Shown piece after piece: positions 1-12,291 of a DNA stretch of 64,000 bases. Source of the stretch: Azolla caroliniana (Eukaryota > Plantae > Polypodiophyta); NCBI GenBank assembly GCA_043228905.1, contig JBHGNT010000022.1:1860001-1924000 (forward strand), read 5' to 3'. The translations under genes were made by a program, and so were the position numbers. Every line of letters starts with the position of its first letter. Position 1 is the first letter of the stretch. The notes below the pieces were generated by a model. That model searched no databases and had not been told where the DNA came from. It saw only the letters and a program-made list of their open reading frames with translations.

Positions 1-2716
1 ACGTCCCGACAATCACGAAGAATCTAGTGTTGGTCGGGCAAATCGTCGACCAAGGGATGCAAGTTTGGTTCACACATCTCGGGGGCTTCATCGAGGAGGA
101 AGGCCAAGTTATTGCGTAAGGGTGCAGAGACAAGAGGATGTTTATCCTCGACACCAATGACGTTGGCACCGCAATGTTCGCAAAAGGACAAAAAGTCGCG
201 TCAGATATCGACTTGTGGCACAAGCGGATAGGCCACGTCAACTATCAAAGGCTTCAGGACTTGCAATCGAAATAGGTTGTATTCGGATTGCCGAAATTCA
301 GTGGTCAGAAGGCCCAAATTTGTGAAGCCTGCCAGCTAGGGAAGCAACACCGACTTCCTTTCCCTAACGAGCGTAACCGGAGCCGGAACAAGCTCGACTT
401 GATACATTCGGATGTATGGGGGCCAATACAGAATGTTAGTCTTGACGGGAGCCGATATTTTGTCTCCTTCATCGACGACTACACGCGGCACACGTGGATC
501 TATCTCATTGAAAAGAAGAGTGAAGTCTTCGACTGTTTCCGGGACCTCAAAAGCTTTGTAGAAAGGGAAACAGGGAGAAAGATCAAGTGTCTGCGGTTGG
601 ATGGCGGAAAAGAGTACTTTTCCGGCGCATGAGCCGTATTTCGGAAGAAAGCCGAATCTACGACACTTGAGAGTTTTCTGTAGCATTGCATATGTGCATG
701 TGCCGAAGGAGAAACGGAGGAAGTTGGACGTGAAAGCGAGAAGTGTATCTTGGTTGGCTATTTGGACAAACAAAAGGGTTATAAGTGTTATAACCCCCAA
801 ACGAAACAAGCTCGCATGAGCCATGATCTTGTGTTTGACGAGTCCGTGTCCAGGTACTTGCCTTTGACTCTGGACCTCAACTCCAACTCCGGATCTCCGG
901 ACCCGAGTTCTGATGATGAGGTCAGCGAGGCTGAAATGCCTCCGGATGATCGCAAAATCAAGACCCTTGATGAGAGTCCGATTTCATTTCGGCTAAGTGG
1001 ACTGAATGAGCGACTAGGTTGGTTTGACCAGTCCGAAGAAGAGCCGACGAGTAGTGGAGAATCGGCCGTGCATTCCCCGCACAGGAAGTCGAGGAGACGG
1101 TTTACGCGCAAAGAAAAAGGGAAGAAGAAGATGCCGGAGTATGGCACGAATAAGGATGAGTCAGATCGATGCGAATCCGACTCCGAGAGGAGCGATGACG
1201 GGCCTTCGAGAGCGAAGTCCACGTCGGCCAAGAAAGCCTCAACATCGGCTAATGTGCAATTACGCCGATCTACCCGCCAGAAGAACCCTATTGTGCGGTT
1301 TGGATACAATGAGTACATGGTGCATCACTATGCGTACATGACGCGTGTAGCGGAAGTGTGTGAGCCGGAAAGCTACGCAAAAGCGGCGAAGGATGCAAAT
1401 TGGCGTGTCGCAATGGAGGAAGAGATGCGCGCATTGACGGAGAATGAAACCTGGGACCTAGTTGACGCACCGAAGGGTGTGAACCCGATCGGGTGTAGGT
1501 GGGTGTACAAGGTCAAGTACAACACCGACGACTCGGTCAACCGACAACAATCTACTGCGATAACCTCAGCAACATCCAGTTAGCGAAGAACCCTATCTTC
1601 CACGCCCGGACTAAGCACATTGAGGTGCACTACCACTTTGTCTGTGAGCGTGTCCTCTCTGGTGAAGTCGAACTTCAGTATGTTCGGACGGATCGGCAGA
1701 TCGCCAACATTTTCACCAAGCCCCTTGGTCTCGACAATTTGCGGCAATTCTCGGGTGCGCTTGGGTTGCGACACCTCGATGTGCCGAACTTGAGGGGGAG
1801 AGTAGTGCCGGAAGACCACGGAAGGGAGCAGGAAAGGAGCGGAAGAGACTGTGATGCCGAGTCGAATTACGATTTCGATTTCGGGTCGGTTGAAGAAGCC
1901 CAGGGCAGATCTGTGAAAGAGTCCGAAAGCGGACGTGAGGGAACCAGCCGAAAGAAAGAGCTGAATTCAGCCAAGCATGGGGGAGATGAAGCCAACTCGG
2001 ATGAGAGCGAAAACCAATCGAAGGAAGCTGATTCGGTTTGGATGTTTGATTCAGAGACGCTGAATCAACCGAGGGCCAAGCATAAGAAAGGGCGGCCGAA
2101 GAGGCGCCAACACCACGACAACAAGGGAGCTGAGAAGGGCCGCACGAGCACACAAGCTGACCGGAAGGGTCGAGGAGCGCTAGCGAGGCGTGAAGCTAGA
2201 AGAAACCAGAGCGGTGACCCGGAAGAACCAGAAGAGCCTCAAGTTGAGCTTGAGGAGGAGTGTTGAGATACAAGCTCAACATTGGCCCGATCGGCTGTGC
2301 AAGCCGAGAACCGGATCGGTTGGGACCGATCGGTTAGGTTGGACCGGTGTGTAAACCGGGTGCATAAACCGGTGCGCAACGAGAAGCCATAGCGGTGCGT
2401 AAACCGTGAGGCTGTTGGAAAGATATTCCGCGTAGAAATATATTTTGGGAGTTAGTGTAGAGCTCATCTATGAGCATTGAAGTACGTGTCAGTACTTCTG
2501 TCAGTCCGTATGGACTTGTATAAAAGTGCTCACTGAGCACATTCTATGTACAGATTGAGTATTATTTTTTAATAGAGTTGTGTGTATCGACTCTCTCTCT
2601 CTCTCTCTCTCCCCCTCCCTCTCTCCCTTGTACTGTGGGTGTGTCCAAGTTCTCCATTAAACCTGTGTTTTCCTACGTTCTGCTTTCTGTTGCTTCTGCA
2701 TATTGTTCTTTTCACA
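1..2716 (+). mobile_element. Ty1/copia element A, 3' part. Degenerate, with deletions in INT and RT; 5' part lies outside the window
   Basis: GAG-pre-integrase (LWHKRIGH) and integrase core (LIHSDVWGP, FIDDYTR) in ORF 288-632; RT start (PIGCRWVYKVK) joined directly to the RNase H end (YCDNLSNIQLAKNPIFHARTKHIEVHYHF); PPT 2246-2260; 3' LTR TG..CA 2261-2716. Confidence 0.93.
2261..2716 (+). repeat. 3' LTR of copia A
   Basis: TGTTG...TTCACA right after the PPT; similar to the LTRs of copias B and C. Confidence 0.9.
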
Positions 2717-4739
2717 TGATCCTATCAAAGTACAACCAAATTGGCACATATGTACTCACGAAAACACATGGCTACGTAAGGTTAGTTGGGACCATTTGCA
2801 ATGGACATGGCATGATCCTTATGCTGGGCAAGGAAGCAAAACCATCCCTTTCTGTTGGGCGGCAAGCTCAACCGGATCCGGATCGGCTCAATAAGCCTGA
2901 GCCGGATCGGTGAGCTGGTGAGTTGGGGAGCTGGTTAGCTGGATCAAGCAGTAACCAGAAGCCAAGTAGCAGCTAGTCTACTAGGGAGTTAATATCTCAT
3001 AGTTAGTGTCAGATGCTCGTGTGAGCATTGAAGTACACCGTACTTCTTTCAGTCCGTATGGACTTGTATAAAAGTGTTCATTGAACACATACAATGTACA
3101 GACTGAGTAATATTTTGAATTGAGTTTTCTGTGCTCTCTCTCTCTCTCTCTCCTGCGTACTGTGTATACTTTATGCTCTCCATTAAACCTGTGTTTCTGT
3201 TTTCGGTTTTCCATTGCTTCCGCACACTATTCTTTCACATGGTATCAGAGCACGAGGGTTGAGAACCTCTACAACCGACATAGCTTGAAAGGAAAACTAA
3301 GCAAGAAGAATAAGTAAAAACCGATGGATAGAGGCATGGCTAGCTCGCTTCCGACGGAGAAGCTCGACAGAAGCAACTACGTGTTGTCGCATTGTTACGC
3401 GCGTGCGTGTGGAAGGGGTGGGAATACGGGGGTCTCGGAAGAGGGAGAAAGGGAGTTCAGGAAATCGACTCCGGACACGTACCAGAGGCTACCAAACATG
3501 AAAGAGAGAGAGAAAGATTGCGCGCAACACCGACTCTTATGTGCAGAAACCAAAAAGGGTGGAAACACCCGACACCATCAAAGACGCAGAAGTGCATAGC
3601 CAAACAGATATACATATTACAAGAGAAGATTACAACCCCAGCTCCAAGCTGGACCAAGGTAGGTTACAGCCACAGTCGGCTGCCAAGCCGCCGGTTGGGG
3701 AGCTCACGGCTGTTGCGCCAAGCGGGGTCTTGCACAAGAGACCTAGCAGAAGAAAACCTACAAAAGGGGAAAGATATGACCGCGGCCATGAGCCGGCTAC
3801 GCACAGAAGAAGAGAAGTTAACCTAACAGCTTTGCCGCCATAGCTCCCGCTCGACTTCTCGAGAAGGAGAAGAAGAAGAAAGAGAAAGAAAAGAATGTAG
3901 CTAACCCTAGAAAAGAAAGCACAAAAATGGTATACCCTTACAACTCAAAATGGGCAACCCCTTCACAAACGACGTTCCTTCCCGTTTTATAGAACAAGGA
4001 GAGGAAGCGTAACAATGTGGGATAAACCCCTTTTTATATGGGTAGGTGCACATGGTGCACTCCGCCGATTCTTCGGATATCCACTCAGTTTCTCACTATG
4101 GCCCGGAATCTTCACGACATCCACCCCCACCAAACCGCACGTCCACTGGTACGTGCCGAGTCTGGAGAAAGGCGAACGATTCGAGCTGGTGAGAAACCGG
4201 TCCTCCATGACCGGTATCCCTGCTTGCCGCGTCCGCCGCTGCCGGTTCGAACCATGGGCTCCGGTTCATCCTTTGCGCTTGCCTCTCCGTAGGCTCGTTC
4301 GACCCGTCGATAGGTCGTCGGCCGCGACCCCGTAGTACACATGCTTCCCCGTGGGCCCGTCTTTAGCCCGCATGCACGCTTCTCATTCCTTTGGTTACGC
4401 AGTGTCCTCCGTCCAAGGAACACCTGTGATGGCCCGCTTAGCCTCCGTGGATCTTCACGTCGTCTAGGTCTCTGTTCCTGGTCATATGTCGCCTTCGTCC
4501 CCTCGCCACCACCTTCCATTACCCTCAGTCTCACGTTGCCACGTCGGCCAAACAACCGGGATCTCTTGGCCGGTGTGAAGGATCCTTCTTGGGCATCCGT
4601 TTGTTGGGTCTTTGACTCTCGTACCAAACACGTCTGATCTTTTTCTTTCCGACTCTGCCGGTCGGGCCCGTATCCGGTTCGTGGCCGCCTCGTCGGCCTC
4701 ATACCTCCTTTCGCTCTGCTTCCCGTCGTCTGATCATGT

Positions 4740-5379
4740 TCACCTCCCGCCACCGATCTCCCCTATAGGACTCACACCGGCACTCGGGCCGACTTCCGGA
4801 TCGGTGTGAGGATCTTTGTGGGACCTCCCCTTCTTCCTTCGGTTGCCCGCCTTGCTGCTGCCTCCACCGTTCCTTACTCTAGGTCTCACGCCGGCTCTCG
4901 GGCCGACCACCGAAGTGTCTAGAACCGGTGTGTGTAAGGTCGCGGCCCGCTCTGCCTTCGTCGTCCGATCACGTTCACCTGCCGCCACTGATCTCTCCTA
5001 TAGGACTCACGCCGACACTCGGGCCAACCATCGGATCGGTGTGAGGATCATTGTGGGACCTCCCCTTCTACCTTCGGTTGCCCGCCTTGCCACCGCCACC
5101 GTTCCTTACTCTAGGTCTCACACTGGCTCTCTGGTCGACCGCCGGAGTGTCTAGAACCAGTGTGTGTAAGGTTGCGGCCCGCTCTGCCTTCGTCGTCCGA
5201 TCACGTTCACTTGCAGCCACTGATCTCTCCTATAGGACTCACGCCGGCACTCGGGCCGACCACTGGATCGGTGTGAGGATCTTTGTGGGACCTCGCCTTC
5301 GGCCTTCTGTTGCCTTCGTCCCCTCACCGCCACTGTTCGCCACTCTAGGTTTCACGCCGGCTCTCGGGCCGACCGCTGG
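4740..5379. repeat. ~235-bp tandem repeats in the 3' region of element D; continue after 9572
   Basis: GATCTC(T/C)CCTATAGGACTCAC recurs at ~4756, 4990 and 5222. Confidence 0.8.
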
Positions 5380-5566
5380 TGTCAGAACCAAGGATAAAAG
5401 ATAGAGTGATGGAAGAAGGATAGAGAAGAATGGATGTATAAGATAGAGAAAGAAAGAGAATGGATACAAGATATGTAATGAGAGCTAAAGACTGGTGTTG
5501 ATTCGAATTGATTTGAGAATACATGTATGCGCTTATTTATAGGTTCCTATAGAATAGCTTAGAGAT

Positions 5567-5630
5567 TTCTAGAATGTTCTAGAATGTTCTAGACCTAGAA
5601 TGCTCTAGTAAATTCTAGAACATTCTAGAA
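5567..5630. promoter_or_regulatory. Heat-shock element array (alternating nTTCn/nGAAn) in U3 of element E LTR; second copy at ~9346-9409
   Basis: TTCtaGAAtgTTCtaGAAtgTTC and TTCtaGAAcaTTCtaGAA, just upstream of a minus-strand TATAAATAA (5533-5541). Confidence 0.7.
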
Positions 5631-5693
5631 TAATCTAGAGTTTTTACAATAATCAATGTAATACAAGAAGTAGCTTTTATTGTTTCATATAAC

Positions 5694-5766
5694 AATAAGC
5701 TATCTTAATGGTTGAGGTTTTCAAGTATGAATTACAAGGTTCGAGGTTCAAGTCCGGGTGATGCCA
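5694..5766 (+). ncRNA. tRNA-like Pol III A/B-box module in LTR of element E (copy at ~9473-9545)
   Basis: A box-like TATCTTAATGG (5701), B box GGTTCAAGTCC (5745-5755); T8-to-T54 spacing 46 nt; cloverleaf degenerate. Confidence 0.6.
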
Positions 5767-5772
5767 TAATGG

Positions 5773-8700
5773 TCATGTGTTCATGACACTATCCCTCCTT
5801 CGAGAACGCCGAGTGGAAGTCAGCGTTAACATTGTTGGGCTGGGCTTGTTTGGATAGTGACGATGGAAGTCGTTGACCAAAGCTTCAGCATTACAAATGT
5901 TATCGATGGGTTCCCAAGTGCGATCACTCGGAGGATAACCAAGCCAATCAACTAGATAATAAAGCTTATTGCGCACAATCTTAGAATCGAGAATAGCAGC
6001 TACCTCGTATTCGGGGCCGTCCACAAGTTGTACAGAAGGCGGTGGTGGCACGACACGATCAGGAATTAAAGAGGTGTGGAAAGGTTCCAAAAGAGAGCTA
6101 TGAAAGACAGGGTGAAGCCGCATATGTGTAGGAAGGTTAAGACGAAATGTTGCATCATTAATCTGCGCCGTGATGACAAAAGGACCTAAGCGTTGATAGT
6201 CAAGCTTAGCACACGGTCGGGTAGTCTTGATGTGACGACGAAGCAACCATACACGATCACCAACCTTAAACGAAGACTTTAGACGATGTCGATCGGCATT
6301 GGTCTTATGGTGTGCTTGCGCTTTCTGAAGATGTGACGATAACTCGAACTGGATTTGTTGTAGTCGGTGGAGGTGATGTGCCGCACTAGGGTTTCGTGAC
6401 ACCTCGGGAAGATCCAGTATACACCATCGAGGGTGGTTGCCGGTGTAGGCAAAGAAAGGTGTAACTTTGGTAGAAGAGTGGACCGTGTTGTTGTATGCAA
6501 ACTCAGCAAGATGTAAAATTTTACTCCAATCATCTTGTTGATAACTAATGAAACATCGAAGATATTGCTCGAGTGTTTGATTTGTGCGCTCTGTTTGTCC
6601 GTCAGTTTGTGGATGATAAGCCGAAGAGAGTTTGCAAGAGATTTTGAGGCCTGCCCATAGGTGCTTCCAAAAGTGTGAGATAAATTGAGGACCTCGATCG
6701 CTAATAATATCATTCGGGAGACCATGATGGCGAAACACTTCACGCATAATGAGATCTGCAGTTTCTTCACTATTGATGGTCTTTACACATGGTACAAAAT
6801 GTGCCATCTTGGTGAACCGATCCACTACTGTTAAAATAGTATCAAAGCCTTTGGAAGGTGACAGATCCGTAATGAAATCCATAGAAATAGACTGCCATGG
6901 CTTGTTGGGAGGGGGTAATGGTTGTAGTAAGCCATAAGGGTGATGCCAGGGTATTTTGGCGCAACAGCAGGTGTCACAAGTGTGAACATAATCTTCGACA
7001 AATTTTTGCAAGTGAGGCCACCAAAACGAACGTTTCACCAACTCAATGGTCTTGGAAATACCAAAATGTCCAGCCATGGGGGCATCATGACAATGTTCCA
7101 ACACTTGAAGTCGGGGTGATCCATCGGGGACGTAAAGGAGATTCTTGTAGAAGAGTAAACCATCTTGCCACTTGAAGTCCTTATAATGTTGAGATGACCC
7201 TGGCAATGTGGAGCAAGATGGACGACTTGAACCACAGTGGGCTAAGACATCCTTAGCAAAATCATCCGAATGAAGTTGTTACCGAATAGTGTCAAGAAGG
7301 GTAGAATCAAGTGGTGTGGCATAAATTGTTGTTACCTGTAGCTTTGATGGCCCGAGGAGAGTTTGCTTTTGATTGTCAAAGGCCGGATCTCCAGGTCGAA
7401 GTGCTAGATACGAACGCCGAGACAGAGCTTCTGCTTTCCCTTGTTGTTTTCCGGGGCGAAAAATGATCTTGAAATCGAAACGCGTTAGAAATTGGGCCCA
7501 CCGAGCTTGTCGTCTATTTAATACTCGAGCTGTTTGAAAATATGTGAGATTTTTGTGATCACTATAAATGATAATCTGATGAGGTGAGCCTTCTAAAAAA
7601 TGACGCCATTGCTCGAATGAGTCGACCACAGCTAGTAACTCCTTGTCATGCACCTCATAGTTTATCTCCGAAACAGTAAACTTTCTCGAGTGAAACGCGA
7701 CTGGATGTATCTGCCCGTCCTTGCCTGGTTGCGATAGGATACTCCCCAATGCAAAGTCTGATGCATCCGCCTCAATAGTAAATGGCTTTTCAGGATCAAT
7801 ATGTGCTAGGATGGGTGCTGATGTGAATGCCTCTTTTAGCTGCGTAAAAGCCTTGTCCACTTCGATACTCCAAAAAAATGCTTGATTTTTCTTGGTGAGT
7901 TGAGTAAGGGGCAACACAATGCTTGAATAATTATGTATGAATTTGCGATAGAAGTTCGCAAATCCGAGGAAACACTGGACATCCCGAACTGAGCATGGGG
8001 GTTTCCATTCCAATATTGTTTGGACTTTTGCCGGGTCCATGAAAACACCCTGGGATGAAATAGTGTATCCCAAAAATTCGACTTGTTTGCAATCAAAACT
8101 GCATTTCTCAAGTTTGGCGTAAAGATCATACTTCCTTAGGCGTTCAAGTACTTGCCGCACATGTATATCATGCTCCCCCTGTGTTTTAGAGTAAATCAAT
8201 AGATCATCTAGGTAGATGATTAGAAAAATATCCAAGAAATCCCGAAAGATGTCATTTGCCATATGTTGGAATACGGCAGGTGCATTTGTGAGCCCGAAAG
8301 GCATGACTGTATACTCGAAATGACCATACTGAGTACGAAATGTTGTTTTCCACTCATCTCCTGGCCGAATTCGAACAAGATTATATGCACCCCTTAGATC
8401 AATTTTGGTAAAATGCTTTGCCCCACCAATGCGTTCTAAGAGATTGGAGATTAAAGGTAAAGCATACCTATTCCTTATGGTGACTTTATTTAAGCCTCGA
8501 TAGTCCACGACCAAACGAAGGGAGCCGTCCTTTTTCTTCACAAAAAAGATAGGAGCACCAGCTGGAGACTTTGAATGTCGAATAAACCCATGTGCAAGAT
8601 TTTCCTCGATGTATTCTCGAAGAACCTCAAGCTCAGTGGGTGATAAATTGTAAATCGGACCCCACGGAGGCTCTTTTCCTGGTTGGAGATCAATAGGACA

Positions 8701-9262
8701 GTCGTACGGCCGATGCTTTGGAAGAACACTAGCTTTGACTTTGTCGAAAACATCAGCATAGTCTTGATATTTTTTGGGAATTTGGATGTCTGAATTCCCT
8801 TGAGTGACACTAGAAGGTGTCACTGATACTGCAAATAAGAAAAGGTCCTCCTTGCCTCCCACTTGGTGCAATTGTTGCAATGTGATGGTTGAAATTTGAT
8901 GAGAAGGATATGGTGCATCGGTAGAACTATATACTTTGGGAGGATAATCCCGAGTTCGATCCTTGACAATGATATTTTCTGCTAAAGGGCACCTAATTTC
9001 TCGCTTCCTCCAATCAATTCTAGGGTTATGTAGCTCAAACCATGGCAAACCGAGGACAATTGGATGCTCAGGACTACGGATTATGTTAAAGGAAACTACA
9101 CATCCTAAATCACCCAAGAGTATGTGTATTGGCTCAGACTCTTCAAATATCTTCCCGGAAGCTATGGGGCGTCCATCAATCACTACTACGGAAACTGGAC
9201 AAGGAAGTGTATGCAAGGATATTTGGTGTTTTTGGGCAAAATCTCTATCCATGAAACAAGAA
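5773..9262 (-). pseudogene. pol: pol of element E (PR-RT-RNaseH-INT-chromodomain), one in-frame stop at 7279-7281, N-terminus lost
   Basis: YLDD RT motif; EADASD RNase H; ISMDFI and HPQTDGQTER integrase; GPF motif; chromodomain EYEVAAILDS..YLVDWLGY..TWEP. Confidence 0.93.
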
Positions 9263-11059
9263 TTGGTTCTGACAGTTTGATTCGAATTGATTTGAGAATA
9301 CATGTATGCGCTTATTTATAGGTTCCTATAGAATAGCTTAGAGATTTCTAGAATGTTCTAGAATGTTCTAGACCTAGAATGCTCTAGGACATTCTAGAAC
9401 ATTCTAGAATAATCTAGAGTTTTTACAATAATCAATGTAATACAAGAAGTAGCTTTTATTGTTTCATATAACAAGAAGTTATCTTAATGGTTGAGGTTTT
9501 CAAGTATGAATTACAAGGTTCGAGGTTCAAGTCCGGGTGATGCCATAATGGTCATGTGTTCATGACAGCTGGAGTCTCTAAAACCGGTGTGAAGGAACCT
9601 CCTCGGGCTCTGCGTACCTCGGACCCTTATCCTGCGTCATCTCTCTCTGCATGTCGAGCTGGTGGCTTGCTCCACACCCTCTCCCGTGGTACCGACGTAC
9701 TGTGTTCCCGGCCTCTTTGTAGGCCTGCTCTCTTCCTCCCTTCTGGATCGGTTGTCCAGAAGTCCGCTCCGCCCGATTCTCATCCGGGTTCGTCCCTCAT
9801 TCTCTGGATTGCCGGGTCTCGTTCTCTTGCCGCCACCGTCAATATCTTGGTCTTACGTCGGATCCGATGCTGACCGCCGAAGTCTCTAGATCCGGTGAGA
9901 GGTGACCCGTAGGACCGGTCTTCATTCTACTTGTTGCGTTCCCACCTCCATCTTCCATCTCTTTCGGTCTCACGTTGCCACGCCGGCCGAACTGCCGCAA
10001 TCTCTGGTCAAGATGTGGGGACACCGATTTCGTAACGACTCCCGCCGACTCATTCGGGCCACCGACCCTTTTAGTGGTGTTGGTGGATAGCATCCGCTCT
10101 ATCATCGATCAACCCCACCTGGGCTTGATTCTCCAATGTCCGGAGTTTCGGCTCCGATGCCGTTCCTACCGAACTCGTTCCGTACCCTCGATCATCTTCT
10201 TCCCGATTCCCGACCTTCGCCTGGTCGGTCGTTCCCCCAATGTAAAAGAGGGCGGCTCGTTCTGCACCCTCTCCCGTATCGGACAATCCAGGACCGGATC
10301 GAGCTCCAACCGAATCGGAGTGTCGCGTTGTTCGGTCCCCGGTCGTGTCAATTCTTGGTCTCTTCGTCGACCTTCTCGCGAACCATTTCCCATCCATCTT
10401 CACTGGCATCGTGGCAGGACTCCTCGACACCGTCATCCATCTCCTCGGTCTCACATGGGCGTAAGGGCCAGAATGTCGAGTTCTCCAGAATCGGTCCCGA
10501 GGGCTCTTATTCGTTCCTTCCCCGTATCGTCTCACCGGTGATTCTCGGTCTCTCGCTGCCGCCTTCCTCCTCTTGGGACTCACGTAGGCACTCGGGCCCG
10601 ACTACCATCATCTCGGGAGCAAGTGTGGGAAGACGCGTAGAATCGCCCGTCCTATTTACGCCCTTGTCCGTAGCCACCGGCTCCTCGTGGTCAGTGGTCG
10701 ACCCTTTTCCGATCGCACAAAACCCTGCCTAGGCTTCCTTCTTCAATGTTCAGAGTTTCGGGCTGACGTGCCCGAAACTGCTGGTCCCGACGCTCCGATT
10801 CTGCGATCGGTATCTCGGCCTTGTCCTCGGTCGTTCTTTCTCCGCAAGTCAAGAGGGCGTTATGTTCCGCACCCTCTCCCGTGGTACCGTCGTACCGATC
10901 TTCTGCCTCCTTGTGGGGCAAGTTCGTCTCCTCGGCCTCGGCTCGTAGCCTCGATCTTTCCTCTTCCTCGAGCATCGCTTCGAGAGTTGCGTACGCCTCC
11001 GCAATCCTGGCCCCGAAACCGAGCCTTGCCGACTCTCTCTGCCATTCGGCCTCTTCCCA

Positions 11060-11590
11060 CTATGATGGCGCGCCGTCGTGCGCCTCCCTCCTAGCCTTCT
11101 CGGCCCGCACGTCATCTAGCCGTTGGCATACCCTTCCCACCTTCGACCAGTCCTCCGTAAGGCCATTCGCTCTATCCTCATCTTCGAGCTCAATCCCGAT
11201 GGCCTCCCGTTCCGCTCGGTCGATCGACCTGACGAACAACAGGACTTTGTCCGCCCCCACCAAACCTTGTTCCCGCTCTAGGAGCCGAGCAAGCCGCCGC
11301 TCGAACTCTCAGAACGCCTTCATTGCGCCCCGGTGGATCCTCGCCGATGCAACCCATTGGTCGAAGTCGCATCGTCCCCGGCACTTCCGCCGTCCTCCAT
11401 ATGCCTGCATGAGCGCCTCTTCAAAGGCTTCCCACGGACTATGAGCTTCTTGGAGCTCCTTCACTTCCGCGTGCATACGGACGACGACGACCCGACAGAA
11501 GAACTCCAGCCTCAACGCCTCATCTACATCTCGCTCCTCCATTTCCGCGTTGTAGGCTTCCAAGTAGAATGGGACCTTGTCCCCGCATGA
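11060..11590 (-). pseudogene. gag-like remnant of element D; N-terminus displaced to 29224-29353
   Basis: GDKVPFYLEAYNAEM..WEAFEEALMQAY and DKVLLFVRSID..GLTEDWSKV align by eye with the gag-like ORF at 57526-58230. Confidence 0.7.
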
Positions 11591-12291
11591 TGATATTTCT
11601 TCGACCGGAACTTCCATCGGTCCTTTCAACGATCGACTCCCTCGATCAGAATGCTTGACTCGAACATCTTTGTCGGTCAGCAAATCGTCCGCGACACAAA
11701 CATTCTCGTTCTGTCGGCTTACGAACTTCGTCATGGGTCCAAAATCATGTCGTATGTATGTGTGTTCTTCCTTTGTTTTGAGTGTGTGTGAGTAGTCTTG
11801 GGGATTTTCAAAATTCTAGTGGTGCCCTCTTGTTTTTAAAATTTTATATTGTACCCTTATGTTTATGAAATTTTTATGAATACCCTTTATGTTTTTAAAA
11901 TTTTGACAATGCCCTCAGGTTTTGGGAAATTTTTCGGATGCCCTCATTGTTTAGAAATTTCTTGGATGCTCTTTTATCATTCTCTTTTTCCCTCATTTTT
12001 CTGTTTTTGTCTTTTTCTTTTTCTTGCCTCTTCTTCCTCGACCGGTTCCTGTTTCTCATTCTTCTATCTTTTTCTCATTCTTGCTTATGTTGTTACTGTT
12101 CCTTCTCCTTCATCTTCCTCTTCTTCTCATTTTCCTTTGTTCTTCTGCTATTGCTTCATCTTTCTGTCTTTCTTCTCTTCTTCTTCTTCCTCTTTCCATC
12201 TTTCCATCTTCCTGTTTTTCTTCGTCCTCTTTCCATCTTTCTCGCTTTCTTCTTCTTTCTTCTCTTTTTCATGATTTTGTTTGTCTTGTTT

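Larger units (their letters stand above)
5380..9567 (-). mobile_element. Chromovirus (Tcn1-like Ty3/gypsy) element E; gag and part of the 5' LTR deleted
   Basis: 3' LTR 5380-5788; partial 5' LTR 9277-9567; TSD GCTGG (5375-5379/9568-9572); PPT next to 5789. Confidence 0.93.

Noticed and set aside
3392-3843. ORFs in D LTRs (also 29173-29850) as genes
   Set aside because: They are duplicated only because they lie in paired LTRs, are antisense to the element and show no recognisable domain
9556-11100. Many overlapping 60-200-aa ORFs
   Set aside because: GC-rich, stop-poor repetitive region of element D with no recognisable motifs
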